Assembly: GCF_006345805.1 (NCBI RefSeq)
Contig: NC_042999.1
Span: 111,414,001 to 111,478,000, forward strand
DNA length: 64,000 nucleotides
Reading direction: 5' to 3'
Source of the DNA: Octopus sinensis
Taxonomy: Eukaryota
Each line of letters starts with the position of its first letter. Positions within the stretch are counted from its first letter, which is position 1. The notes under the pieces were generated by a model. The model was not told the DNA's origin and did no database searches. It saw nothing but the letters and a program-made list of their open reading frames with translations. Below, piece by piece: positions 1 through 14,003 of this stretch. The translations under genes and the position numbers were made by a program.

Positions 1-139
1 TTATGATGATAAATGGACACAGAAGAATAGCTTGAAAAAGTGTTTAGCGATTCGCTCGGCGCCAGTGCAGTGCTTACTTTTGTGTTTGCCAATCTAAAAG
101 TGGAATGACTGAAGCCAAAAAATCTATTCCTACAGAATG

Positions 140-167
140 TATGTGTGTGTGTACGTGCGTATGTATG

Positions 168-201
<34 letters not shown>

Positions 202-265
202 TGTATGTATGTATGTATGTATGTATGTATGTATGTATGTTTGCATGTATGTATGTATGTATGCA

Positions 266-328
<63 letters not shown>

Positions 329-420
329 ATATATATATATATTATATATATATATATACATACACACACATATACATTATATATCTCTGCATGCACACTC
401 ATACACATGTTTGTGTTCCG
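140..420. repeat. Compound microsatellite (TGTA)n/(TA)n/(CA)n
   Basis: Directly visible simple repeats; they explain the YI/MYVC/HT ORFs in the track. Confidence 0.97.
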
Positions 421-686
421 TGTGTGTGTGCCCGCCCGCGCGTGTACCTTCGCATATAGTGTAGAGAGAACAATTTCTTCGTGTTTCAAGAAGTGCTTTT
501 CAGTGGAGAGAGAGAGAGAAATATTTTGTATATCCTTCGCCTATCGAAATATTGTTGAAACTGCTCTTGGTGCTGTTGCTGACGTTGATGATGAATAGAA
601 GAAGGAAGAGAAGAGGAGGAGGGAGAGGAAGAGGAGAAGAGGTGAAGGACGACGATGACGAGGAGGATAATGAGGACAGCGGTGAC

Positions 687-751
687 GTTGTTAAAGCGTA
701 GCTCAGCCTTAATCGAGGTGATAGATCTAAGGTATTCTAGCCATGACCATC
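687..751 (-). mobile_element. 3' tail fragment of a dispersed SINE-like repeat
   Basis: The minus strand reads gatggtcatggctagaatacc...ctttaacaac. Related pieces occur on the plus strand at about 56590-56650 and 56950-56985. Confidence 0.4.
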
Positions 752-2719
752 ACATCACCGATTATTTAAGACTACATAATCCTAGATATTCTGTCTTTTT
801 TCAAAAACAGTAGACTCGAATTTATGAGAGTTTCGGCTGCTATCTTTAGCAGGTCGTATGACAATAAGGAGGCTTCCTCACTGAATCGTCTGTGGCTGAA
901 TTCTTGTTATAGACCTCGGTCTGATATATTCGCGTTGAACTTCTATCAAAGGTTCCTGCAGGGATCATCCTGCATATTTTTTAATCAGTCACTTCATTAT
1001 CAAATACTTCAATATGTGAATTGAGGAATATTTGATTGATATTTCTTACAGATAGAGTGACTGTATAAGGTAGTCTCAATGCTATGCATTTTTGAGGAAG
1101 ACATTGTACAGTCGGTTTTATCAGTCGCTCATCTTACTCTGCAAACTCAGTACTCGTTATCATGATTGTGGATATTAATTATCAAATAGAGGCAAGACTA
1201 GTATAGCTTTGATCATAAGTATACTTAATCGAGATTGACTTGCTTGAACAAAATTGTTGGCTTTGTGCAAAGGTATGAAACAAAAAGGATTTTGACTATT
1301 TCACTTTATGTTTTAGACATGGAGGTAGAGAGCGCCTGTAACCTCTTATTTTATTTATAATTTATTTTACTTTTATTTAGTTATTTGTCAGAACCCCAGG
1401 TAGTGTTGCGTGGAAGGTAGAAAATTATCGTCAAACAAAAGACAGGACGAGAAAACTTGAAACGGAATTTTGTCAAAAGTATCCAGCAATTAACACAGTT
1501 GGTGTCAAACCGATCGATCGTCCAAGTCTCACATACGGCATAGTCTCACATACGGTATAGCATTTTGTCATACGTTCCATTGACTCTACTAATTTACCAC
1601 CTATTATTGTGACTTATTAGATATGAAAAGAACATTTTGTGAAATTGCAATGATGTCTAAACATTGTAATTAACTAAGAAAAAAAAACATTTCAAATAGA
1701 AAAATAATGTAAAATCTGTAACAAATATTTTGGCATAACCTGGGCATAAATGCTGTTGCTTTGCTCAACGAAATCAATCCCGATCAATTAAACTTATGAT
1801 CAAAATTATTCTTGTTGCAAACAACCCATATTCTTCCTTCCTTTTTTCTTCTTTTTCTTATTTGAAAAACAATATATCTGAGGCTTCCTTACTTAATTCG
1901 ACCCTCACATTTGTTTAGAATGGTGGTTGCAGTATGCCGAAGTTTTAGCTATTATTCCAGATACATAAAAGTTCCATGTCTCACAGCTATACCCATTTTT
2001 TATTGCGGGTGCATTTTGAAGATAAGACATTTAGGCCTAGACAAAGTCTGATCCACTTAGACATATGATGAATGCCAGTTCAGGTTGTAAAATTTCTTCT
2101 TTTGCGACTGTAACTGATTGCATTATATAATATCATTTGCATTATTTTTAAGAGAGTAGAGTACGATAGGAGACAGATTTGGAAGCTTATTCTAACGGGT
2201 GAAATGACGCTGCAAGCATTTTTCGTTGGCTCGAGGTGGAATTCAGTCATTATATGTAACGTGATCTTTAAGTTAATACATAACAATTTATTCCGTGAGC
2301 TTAGTTATATCCTAAACATGGATGATTAAGCCATAGTTAGGTGGTTTCAGGGTCTTCTTGATTTATCAATAACTTACAAAAATATATTTTTTAAAATTCT
2401 TTAAGTTCTTTGAAAAACATCATAAAGCTTGGTATCATCTACAGGGTATACTAATTAGATGACGAAAGAAATTCACAAAATTTCTAGATGCTATATGCTG
2501 AAAAACTGATAGGATGTTTTCCTACATGATATTTCAAAGGATATTGAGTTGCGAATTTTAGCATGATGGTATTTAATAATTTAGCTTAATTTCATATAAA
2601 GGTATGAAGCCAAATATCTATAAGCCACAGGAGAACTATATAATCCGCAGAATAAGGAATATTCTAGTAATGCTATTCTAAATCATCGCATAAACATATA
2701 CATCTCTATACGCATAGAT

Positions 2720-2756
2720 ATATGTGTGTATGGATTTATGCATGTATGCATATATA

Positions 2757-2802
<46 letters not shown>

Positions 2803-3050
2803 AATATATATACATATACATATATATATATACATATATATATATAAATATATATATATGTATATTTGCATATACATATATAAATATATGTATATATGCG
2901 TATACATATATAAATATATGTATTAATGCGTATACATATATAAATATATATACATGTCTCTCTCTCTATATATATATATGTGTGTGTGTGTGTAAGTACA
3001 TATATATATACACCTATACATACACAAACACATGTATATATAGAGAGAGG
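2720..3050. repeat. (TA)n-rich microsatellite with a roughly 30-bp higher-order unit (tatacatatataaatatatgtat...gcg) at about 2870-2950
   Basis: Visible in the sequence. Confidence 0.9.
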
Positions 3051-3929
3051 CAAATAGATTTCCATGGAGCATGTAAAATATAGAATACTAAGAAGGGAAT
3101 TCAAAGTTATGTTTTAACTCAACAGCTGTGTCTGAAAGCTCGGAATTACACAAAATAGTAATGTTCATAATTAACAAATGGAATGTGCAAAACATCAACG
3201 GTATGCAACCAGTAAATGGTTTCATAGCGTTATCATAAGACCGGCTTCCATCATCAGCAGAAAGAATTGGCAAAATCAGCCCAGGAAGAAGAGGAAGCAA
3301 AAGAGTAAAAGGAAAGGAGCGAGAGAGAGAGAGAGAGGATGTAAGTGGCTTACGAATGGGGAGAAGAGAGGTAGAGGAAGAACAAGAAGAAATACCAGGC
3401 AGCGAGATGGTGGGTGAAATCAGTACTCAGAGACGTTAACGGAGGTAGAGAGGTGAGTCTGAGAGAGGAAAAGAAGTAAGGTAAAATCAGTATTGTGAAA
3501 GAAGATGCTACTGGTGTTAGGATAAATCACTAAGCAGACCTTAAATCAGTTAGGGATGGTTAATAACTATAGAGAAAGACAGAAAGAGACAAGCAAGGAA
3601 ATGAATAAATAGAGTAGGGGTAACGGTAGTTTAGGGTTGTTGAGATAAGGAATAAGGCATGAGGATAATAGAGAGGATCAGACTTTGAGTTAATTAGGGA
3701 GGGGAGCTATTCATAGAGAAGGACAGGAAAAGGTAACGAATGAGGGTAGTTTCTCGGAGGAGAAAGATATGCTGAGATATGGAGAAAAGGTAGAAGAAGA
3801 AGAGAGAGAGGGAGTGTGGGTGTGTGAGAGAGTGAGAGAGGAAGAAGGAATATACTGCCAACATAGCTAAATAATAAGGGCTTCATCAAAATTAGTAGAG
3901 ATTATAGAAACTTTGTGTAGTGGGAAAAG

Positions 3930-4710
3930 TGGAATAATATTTGTGCTTACATGAAAAGATTACGTCAGAGAACCTACAGAGTTATGAGAAGTTATACTGG
4001 TGAGGGATAACGAGCGATTCCCTTCAAAACAATTTACAACTCAGTAGTTAGTATTGTTCGGAGAAGGACCAGGAGAAGGTATAGGAAATATTCCCGGACT
4101 TGATGTTGTATGTGTGTATGTAGCAAGGGAGGTAGAGAATATCAAGGCTTGATCTGAAAACGAATTCATGCGAGCCCGATTGCGGCGCTTGAAATCAATA
4201 GTTCTGCCAATGTAGACTTCAGTCTATCGGATATGCGGTGTTATTATTCAGTATTTATGTACTACATTATATATTAAACAAAAACCAACCAACGGACAAA
4301 GTTATGAGACTCAGAAATCGCAAGTTTTCCTACCAGCAGTGGGCGTTGGATTGATCCCTATACAAGTCCGATTGATATGATTCGTTATCCTTAAAGAAGG
4401 ACCAGAGATGTTATCATTTACCAGCTTGTGGGGAGCGTCACTACTGTTATATGTCGTCAGGTTCCTAGCAGTAGGGACGGTAATACCAGGATTCCTTTTA
4501 TTAAAATAGGTAGCGTTCTCGAGGGTATAATTACCTGTTTGTTTTGGGTGGGGTCCAGTTGGATGAATCGTAGGGCCACAGTAAGTCAGCTTAGTTTGCA
4601 TCTATTACAGTCTGTAATTATAAATCTGGAGCTTTCTGTTGTAGAGTAGGCGATTTTAATGGAAGACTTATTGAAGATGGGGTTATATTTATGGTGTGGT
4701 GGAACTTTAT
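3930..4710 (-). mobile_element. Degraded Penelope-like element (RT C-terminus + GIY-YIG endonuclease)
   Basis: Minus-strand translation across frameshifts gives VPPHHKYNPIFNKSSIKIAYST, KTCDF*VS*LCPLVGFCL, EVYIGRTIDFKRR, STSLATY, NISYTFSWS and IFSCKHK. These follow the order of PLE motifs (FP..H....IFN....K.SYS; CxC..CPL.G.CL; YIG.T..FK.R; C+H). Confidence 0.8.
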
Positions 4711-5569
4711 TTTATCAACACCGAAACGATAAAACGCAACACCAACCTCTGCGGAATTTGAACTGGAAATGTAACGACAAAAGAAATGCTGCTAAGCATT
4801 TTGTCGAGCGTGCTAACGTTCGTTGCCGCACTTGTTTGGAGCTGGAATAAATATCGCAGCGTATTTTATTCGGCGCACTTTTTCTCTCTTTCTGTATTTC
4901 TCTCTCTCTCTCTTTCTATCTTTCTCACTCTCCGTAGGTGTACGTGTCTTAGGTATGTCAGTGTATATAGGCATGCATATATATATATATATATACATAT
5001 ATATAAGCGCACATATGCATATGAGTATATATATGCACATATGCATGTATAAATACATGTAATCAATATATAAATAGGAGCATTCATTCCCATCCATACA
5101 AAAACCATAAACACACATACACAGATCATTACACACCAAGCATTAAAAACATATAATCTGACAAGATAAACCTATTATCTGTAAATTAGTTGTAATACTT
5201 TTCTCATCAATGAAAAATCTTCATTGATTATTTCCTGCTTTCGCTTTTGTAATTGCAATTATAGTTAACGTTGTTGCTGTAGTTATTTTTGTTATTTATT
5301 TATATTTTTATATTTGGAGTTGTTTTTGCTTGTTTGAATTATTGCAGTCGCTGTTTCCATAGTTCGTAAGTCGTTATTTTTGTTTGTTTCAATTATTGCA
5401 GTTGCTGTTCCCATAGTTTATAAGTCGTTGTTTTCGTTTGTTTGAATTATCCCAGTTGCTGTTTCCATCGTTTACTTCGTTTTTGTTCTTAAGTCGAATC
5501 TGAGCGTTGTTGTTATCATTAGTATTATTTTGTTGTTGCTGTTGTTGTTCCTAGCACCAACAACGCGTT

Positions 5570-5937
5570 ATAATTTCCATTCCTGCCGAGGTAAACTTTG
5601 TCTTACATCCCTCGGGGGTAGATAAATTAAAGTATCAAGAAAGTAATGAGGTCGATGGCATTGACTATCCCCTACCCTAAAAGTTACTGACCGTGTGCAT
5701 CAATTACAAACCACTATTATTATTTTCCTCGAGCTGGCAGAATCGTTAACACGTCGGGAAAATGCTTAGTGGTATTCCATCCGTTTTTACGTTTGAGTTC
5801 AAACACCACCGATCTCTACTTTGCTTTTTATCCTTCAGGGATTAATATAAGAATTACCAGTTGCGTACTGGGGTTGATGTAATCGACTTGCCTTCTTTTC
5901 TAAATTTCCACGCCTTTTGACTGTAGTAAAAAGAATT
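5570..5937 (+). mobile_element. Two degraded tRNA-derived SINE copies in tandem
   Basis: Head gagctggcagaatcgttaacacg, B-box gagttcaaa and core tttatccttcagggattaat...gtactggggttgat match the SINE at 54602. Confidence 0.75.
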
Positions 5938-6394
5938 GTAGCTATTTTCCTCTTATACTGATGCATATTATAGCATTGTCGCTTTCTTTTTTCCCTTCTT
6001 AATTTCATTTTCCATTCTTACACTTTTTCAGTCTTTTTACTTTTTCCTCTCCTTCTTTTCTTATTTCCAGTTCATTTTCTAGTAGACTTCGTTCACTGTT
6101 CATTGATATATTTCAGTCATCAAATTCTACTTTCACATCTTCGTTAATTGTATCCTTTTACACATTGTTTTATACAGTGTCTCTAATTTTCTGAAATGTA
6201 TCACCTGTGATGTTGACATTGGGTTAATATCCAGTTTATATAATAGCATTTATCATCGAAGAAATATTTCAGAGACAAAACCGGAATTTGTGTAATCGTT
6301 ATTTCAAATCCTGGAGCGGCGAAAGGATTTTGCATCAAATAATTGATACGTATAATACACAGACGGACACACACGAATAATAACTCCCAACCAA

Positions 6395-6593
6395 ACGTAT
6401 GCATGTATGTATGTATGTATGTATGTATGTATGTATGTATGTATGTATGTATGTATGTATGTATGTATGCATGTATGTATGCATGCATGCATGTATGTAT
6501 GTATGTTTGTATGTATAAACCATGAATTTTGAGGAAAGATTTGAACATGGATCGTTTTGTCGGTGTTGACTGGAAAATCTCAGTGGATAGAGA

Positions 6594-6648
<55 letters not shown>

Positions 6649-6959
6649 GAAGCATTGTAAGATAACATAGCTATAAACAATTTGCAAAAGATCGGATACT
6701 TCAGTCTGACGAGACATAATATTTCGAAACACCGGTGTCCCAGCTCAATACATAAATTATACATATATTTCTTTACATATGTGTGGTTGTTTTATTTTAC
6801 TAGCTAAGAAAGAAATGTCTTGGAATTCGATACGCTTGCTTTGTACCATTTCCATTTATCTCCTTCTACTGCATCCTTCGCACTTTAGTTGATAATACTA
6901 AATGACACAGCTTCAACAAAATCCGCCATTAATCTCTCTCTCTCTATCTATCTCTCTCA

Positions 6960-7016
<57 letters not shown>
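6395..7016. repeat. (TGTA)n, (ATT)n, (TC)n and (AC)n tracts
   Basis: Visible simple repeats at about 6395-6515, 6595-6648 and 6935-7016. Confidence 0.95.
6701..6745 (+). ncRNA. Minimal type I hammerhead ribozyme motif (Penelope pLTR-type) with eroded stem I
   Basis: CTGACGA (6706-6712), G-C/A-U closed stem II, GAAA (6726-6729), palindromic stem III ACACCGGTGT, GUC triplet (6737-6739). Stem I pairs at only 2 of 5 positions. Confidence 0.65.
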
Positions 7017-7018
<2 letters not shown>

Positions 7019-9080
7019 CTAGACCAACACTAGTGAGTTCTCATTGTTTTCGCAGATAATACCTGAAAAGCTTCCACTCTTGTACATGACATCCAAAAAG
7101 CAGCATAACATAAAAAATTGATGTCAACGATTTGAAGAGTGAATACACATGCTGCGATTAAGCGGGTTCAATAAACACAATGAGACAGAATTCTCTAATT
7201 CCGGTAGACTACGTCTAACACTCAGGACATAACACTACATTCACGGAAAAGAAAGTAAAAATTCGTATTGCGAAATCATAAGCTTTTCATTTGAGTGTTT
7301 CACTGTGATGTGGAAATCATTGCTACGAGATGATCTTAAGAGCTGTTTCCACCTCAAATCTATTCCACTACAGAAATTGTACTATTGAACGGTTGCACTA
7401 CTTTGAGCCTCAACAGAACTGAAATGGAAGGCTTGAGAGCACAAACAATGCGCTGGCCGAACAAAGCTGTAGTGTGATCGTCTTGAAAGGACTGAAATCA
7501 TTACAGGAAGGTACAAACGTTTTGAAATAAACGGAGTGTATTTCAACAGAAACACGGCAAGAAAAGTATCAAGTAGACAGCCTAGGGAAGCATATTCTGA
7601 AATATTGATATGCTACACAAGGTGAAGTTTTGATAATACTTTTGTCACAGTTGACATATCTGCTGGAAATGATGTGGGACTAAGTGTTAATAATATACTA
7701 TCTCACATCACACATGATGCATTTTGTTAACTCATAGCGATTTATAACCACAAATAACTCCACATGACCTCCTGTTTCTGCGGTGTAAAATTGGATGGTG
7801 TAATCAAGTTGGATGGTAATGATGATTTATGGTAATTAAGGTTTATTTACATACACAGATTGTTCTTATTATCTCAGTGTAAAAGTTAAATTCACTGACT
7901 TAACTACACGGCATGGTTTCCTACGTTTTCAATCTTTACTATGGCGCCATTCTCTATCATGATAATGATCATCATCATCGTCGTCGTCGCGTTGTCAAGA
8001 TCGTTGTGACGATCACCTTCACTACCCAATTATTTTGAAAGATTGAAGTATATATCTACTAATGTATCTTAGATATGGAACACCTAACAGAACGTTAGTG
8101 TGATCAGTGATCATTGTTACCGCGTCAGCAGTTAGAACTGACTTTGTAATAAACAGCAGCAGAGAACGTGTACGCCTTCTCTTGACTTGCTACAAGTCAT
8201 GACCAAGCCCCGGAAACACATTTTACAAACATTATTTATAAGGTAAAGGGATAAGGGTAAACTAGTCCTGGTTCAAAAGGCGGACCCTGAGCTAAACTAC
8301 ACTAAGCAGACTATTTAGCAGAATCATGAAAGCGTGGAACAAAATGCCTTGTGGTATTTCTTCTATATTTTGTATCTTGAATTTAGATCACTTTATGCTT
8401 TTACGATGAAGGAAAAAATAAGAGTTAAGGATATTGGATTAACAGAGCTTTTAGACCAACGAACAAGATATATTGCAGTATTTCCATTCTGTTCTTAAGC
8501 AGCTGATATAATGTAGCACTCTCTCCAGCACCAATATATCGTCCTTGACTCACTTTAGTGCAGTTCGCTGAGTTAGAGTTAGGGTTGGGCTTATTGTTTG
8601 GTAATTGTTTGAACTTCCAAAAACTGTGTATTGCTTCCACTTTTCTTTCAAACAATATAAGAAGCTCCAAAAATACTATTCATTGGCGCTATCCTTTTCT
8701 CTCTGTTTAAATAGTAAAAAAAAATATTAAGGCACATGGGCTTAAATAGATTGATTCGTATTATATATACATTTAGATAAGCCCAATTCTCTTATACGTA
8801 CTCAAGCAGACACACACAAACATTCATACGACACACAAAATCAATGAAACTCTCTGATGATTACTGAATAACTGGTTTAAACTCAGTCGTTAACTAATTA
8901 AAGTTACTCATGCTCATACTTACAAAAACATGTGATTCAGCATAAAAAATAAATCTTGTTAATTATATTAACTGTAACATTTTTAAAAGTCTTAAACATA
9001 TGTTTTAGAGTTTGATCACATCTTTTGTTAGCGTGTTTATAATTATACGCGTGTGAAAGTGTATATATGTTTGTGTGTAT

Positions 9081-9116
<36 letters not shown>

Positions 9117-9452
9117 TGGGTGTGTGTGTGTGTGTCTGTGCATGCGTGTGTGTGAGTATATCTGCGCTTTGATTTTGTACCTGTATTTACAATGTATACA
9201 CAAACATATACTAGAGATGAGATGTTGTCAGAGACATAGTTTGACTGAAACCACTATGTGTGTATTTGTGTGTTTTTAAATTTGCATACTCATGATTCTC
9301 TATCTCTGTAACTGAGGTGCGATAAATTACAGAAATTTATTTCATTAACAGTTTCTAGGTGAGTACATTTTACAAACAAATTTCACAATTTTTTTGTAAA
9401 CACTCCACTTCACGTTTACATCACTAGTTTTCCTCCCAGTCACACATTTGTA

Positions 9453-9541
<89 letters not shown>

Positions 9542-9676
9542 CTCCTTCTTTCCTGAGCGTCCAATAATACTATATTTGTTCTACGTCCTCGCGTTGTTGT
9601 GTTTTTTGTGCTTTCATGTTTGGATTAACTATATATATATATATATATATATATACTCAGACAACAGTGTATATAT

Positions 9677-9753
<77 letters not shown>

Positions 9754-10005
9754 ATATGATTGAAACTCATTTACTTAATTGAAAGCAGTATAATAAACAT
9801 TGTAGAGTCTATCCCATCAATAATTACTATTTGATGTGTCGCACTTTTGGTTTTATAACCGCTTTTATGCACTTTTGCATACTTGAGACTAAGTTTTCTG
9901 GGTCAATTTTTTGCCAATCATTGCATGACATTAATGTTTCTTTTATCCTATTTTTTTCAGTGAATATCTTATTGATAACTTATCAATGGTTAATATTTAT
10001 TTAAA

Positions 10006-10670
10006 GTGACTCCGTAAAAACAGATTGCTGAAGTTTAAAGGGCTCAGATCACTGCATTACCTAGTGAAGCATTCTCCCAATTTGAAATTGCAAGAAAATT
10101 TAAATGCTCGAGAAAAGGTGTCCAAACAACCATCAAAGGCTACAATGAGACCAACTCTTTCGGAAACCGTAAAGGACGAGGTCGCAAAAAGCGTACAATC
10201 ACGCGGGAATACAGGACACCTTCTGACGTAGCTGCTGATTTTCGGATGACAACAAATGAGGAGATATCAACTCGCACAGTGAGAAGACCTTATTAGAACC
10301 TGGGCTCAAAGGATGTGAGGCCAGAATGAATCCGTTTCTTTCTGAGGTGAACATGAAGAAGCGATTGTCTTGGTGAAAAGAGTATGAAGATTGGACTGAT
10401 GATGATTAGGCTAAAGTTGGTTGATCAGATAAAAGTAACTTTCACGTAGGTTCTCCACATTCATTTTCACCACTTTACAAATTCTTACATTTGTACAAAT
10501 TTTTTATTGGGTACCAAAAATGAAAAGTGTATGTTTTTTCTCGTCAGGTTTTGGGAACTCCTGGAACTGTTTATCTTCGCTGTAGAGTTGAAGAGGCTTA
10601 TCATCTTGGATGTTTGGTCCCAAAAATCAAATCTGGAGGCGGAAGTGTAATGGCTTGGGGTTGCATGTCG
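10006..10670 (+). mobile_element. Tc1-family transposase pseudogene with a 102-bp GT-AG intron (10446-10547)
   Basis: HTH FSQFEIARKFKCSRKGVQTTIK and GRGRKKRT; KRLSW*KEYEDWTDDD*AKVG*SDKSNFH | VLGTPGTVYLRCRVEEAYHLGCLVPKIKSGGGSVMAWGCMS. Several stops; TIRs not found. Confidence 0.85.
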
Positions 10671-11209
10671 ACTTCAAAATACTTGTCGATATTTATTCCG
10701 TGCCCATATATTTTGACTTCACATCCCACCAATGCCATGCTACTTTTCCTGTGAGCTGAATGAACAGTAAATATAAGTCAAGTTCCCGAGCCGATGGCAT
10801 CGAGACCATTGCATCTGTCAGCAAGCACACGCCTAGCATGTTACATTACTACTCAGATATTCGCCCAATAGTTGCGCTCCAGCAGCGAGTGATTGGCGCA
10901 GAACACTAGTGCTAACAGTAAGCACATATTTACACACAGATGCACACAAACTTAAACAAGCTATAATTGTTGTTTTTTTTATGTTAACCTCGCTAAAAGT
11001 TGTCACACAAAAGAATGGGTAAAGTCCTTTATGAGATTTACCAAAAACAATGTTAAAAAAAAATTAGTATCATTCTGTTTATCAAAATCTTTTTCTTCAC
11101 TATTTATTTTTCATGAAGTTAACAGACTTTGTGTGTCTTTGAAGGGCTAATATGTCTTCCAGGCTGCAATCCTTTCTGTTTCAACACGGGCTCAGATCAA
11201 ATCATATGC

Positions 11210-11348
11210 CTCACAACTATATATAAATATGTATATGTATAGTTAGCTACCTAGCAGCTAGATAGATAGATGGATAGATGAATAGATAGATAGATAGATA
11301 CATACATACATACATACACACATACATACTTACATACATATGTATATA

Positions 11349-11390
<42 letters not shown>

Positions 11391-11467
11391 GCATACACAC
11401 CCATTTATATATATAAATACACACACATATACAAACACTCACACAAACAGACACACAAACACAAATA

Positions 11468-11531
<64 letters not shown>

Positions 11532-11532
11532 A

Positions 11533-11567
<35 letters not shown>

Positions 11568-11575
11568 GACAGAGA
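11210..11575. repeat. Compound microsatellite (GATA/CATA/TA/CA/GA/GACA)
   Basis: Visible in the sequence. Confidence 0.95.
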
Positions 11576-13029
11576 GAGGTCTTTCTGTCTTTTTCACTAC
11601 TATACAACACATACACTTACACATAGACGCGCTGTTTTTAATTAGTTTTCTTCGATTTTAATTTTTGCTTAATATTACTTTTTCGTAGCTTTATTTTTTA
11701 AATTCAATTTAGTATCATATAAAAAAAAAGAGCGTTCATCTTATTTATTTGATTATTCCTTCTTTTGTTTTCGTCAAATCGGGAATATTTTGTAGGATCT
11801 TCTAGTCTGACGTCTCTGCCTGCGTTACCTTCGTGCATAATCTGTTTTCATGCACACTCCAATGAAATGCAAAATTAGACAACGTTGACAAGACGTTGGA
11901 AATTATTGTGATTTTAAGGGCCTCGTTCCGACACGGTCCTTAATGAAGTAATGAGATCACTATAATCAAGCTGCGCCAAATTTATTCACAGCATTTTTTG
12001 AAGGACAACAGGGAGAGGGTTTTTAAAAAGAACTTATCAAAAACAATCCAAAAACAGCAAAGAAAAAGTGTACATCTTGTTCTATTTTCTTTTTGTATTT
12101 GTTGGAAGTTTTCTTTTTATGGAGATGAGGTGTGGAAGAAATGAGAGTAACACAGGAAGAGAAAAGAGAGTCAGATGCAGTGTGGTTGGGAAGGAAGAAA
12201 AAAGGGGACAGAGAGGGAATAGAAGTTGACGTATGTATAAGAGTGTTGTGCGGTGGTGGGGGTGGAAGGATACTTCAATGAAAATAAATACATAAATAAA
12301 ATCATAAAATTATATAAAAACTTTATAAAAACGGCACAAAAACATTTTAAATTTGAAATAAAAAGAATTCCAGAGTAAATAAAAATAAATACTTACGCAC
12401 ACTCAACTACACATGGGTATGTGTGTGTGTGCTTGTGTATGTGTGCTTGTGTATGTGTGCTTCTGTGTGTGTATGTATGTGTCCTATGATATACACACAC
12501 GTGCCCATACTGACACACACAGACGATTCCCCACACATATACAAGGTGTTCAGAAAATGTATGAATGAGATAGAATAAAAATTGAAAAAACAATAAACAC
12601 CGATAAAAATACAATATATCAAAATAAAATAAAGAATTATATAAATAACAACCAGATAATAGAAGAAAATCCAAAAACGACATAAATATAAAATTACGAA
12701 GTTTTTGCTAAAACAATTTTTTTCTTTTTAAGTTTTTTTGATATTTTTTTTTTTGCAAGAAAAGAGAGTGGGGCGGAGAAGAGGGATGAAAAATAGAAAT
12801 TGAAAATAAATTAAAATTAAAAGATCTGAAAAAGAAAAATCTACAACAATAGTAACATCAACCACATGAAGAGGAAGAAAAATGAATTTAAGAGAATAAA
12901 TAAATAAATAAGAAATATTAACGCTGCGATATAAATGAGAAGGATAACAAAAAACATTTTCTAAGAAAAAACAAAAATCAAATCATCTCACCATAAACTA
13001 ATAAAATAAGTGATTATGTGAGAGAGCAG

Positions 13030-13203
13030 CATATATATATATGTGTGTGTGTGTGTGTGTATGTATGTATATATATACACATATATATACATTATATATA
13101 CACATATATATATACATTATATATATATATATATTTGTATATGTATATATATATTTGTATATGTTTATATATATGTATATATATACATATATATATATAT
13201 TTG

Positions 13204-13254
<51 letters not shown>

Positions 13255-13259
13255 ATATG

Positions 13260-13290
<31 letters not shown>

Positions 13291-13307
13291 TATATACATA
13301 TATATAC

Positions 13308-13366
<59 letters not shown>

Positions 13367-13425
13367 TTTATATTTATATTTTTCTTATATACATATGTTC
13401 AAGCATATATATATATATATATAGT
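13030..13425. repeat. Long (TA)n-based tract with interspersed tttgtatatg units
   Basis: Visible in the sequence. Confidence 0.95.
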
Positions 13426-14003
13426 TGCCTTGTAAATTTTTTCATTTGTTTGTTGAAGTTAGTCATGGTATTGGCTGTTGCTGTTGTTGATTCGAATTAT
13501 TTTTGTTGTTCTATCTTTATTTTTGTTTTTGTTGATGTTATCGTTGCGTTATATATTTAATTTGTTTTTGATAATTTAAATTGTGGCCTAGTTTTCAGTC
13601 ATTTTGTTTTCACATTTCTCTAAGTTTGAAGGTGTTCTGATGAATTTTATTACACACTCAGATACATACGATGCACACACACACACAAACGCACACACAC
13701 ACAAACGCACACACACACACACACATACACACATGCACACACACTAAACAACAGTTCCACTTATATAAAAGCGGGCATGTAAATGAACACTCGTGCTTAT
13801 GCAAACATAAAAAAATTTATACAGTTCAACATGCACACATTAGCTTCGACATATGCAGTGGGATACCATGTACGAGAAAACATTAATCATACATAAACGA
13901 TCACATGTATATCAAATATGCAAATATAAACATGTATATATGTATAAATAAAACACATGTATACACACATTCGTGTATGTTTAGATGCATCGATGTGTAC
14001 ATA

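Noticed and set aside
3190-3262. Minus-strand CTGATGA...GAAACCA(tttac)TGGTT hammerhead look-alike downstream of the PLE
   Set aside because: Stem III forms, but stem II has no closing pair and stem I starts with a G-G mismatch; likely chance.
7823-7832. TGATTTATGG Pbx/Hox-like site
   Set aside because: A single AT-rich 10-mer is expected by chance; no conservation data.
8554-8702. Minus-strand segment with a good acceptor and a GTGAGT donor
   Set aside because: Stops in all three frames; a non-coding exon cannot be supported without RNA data.
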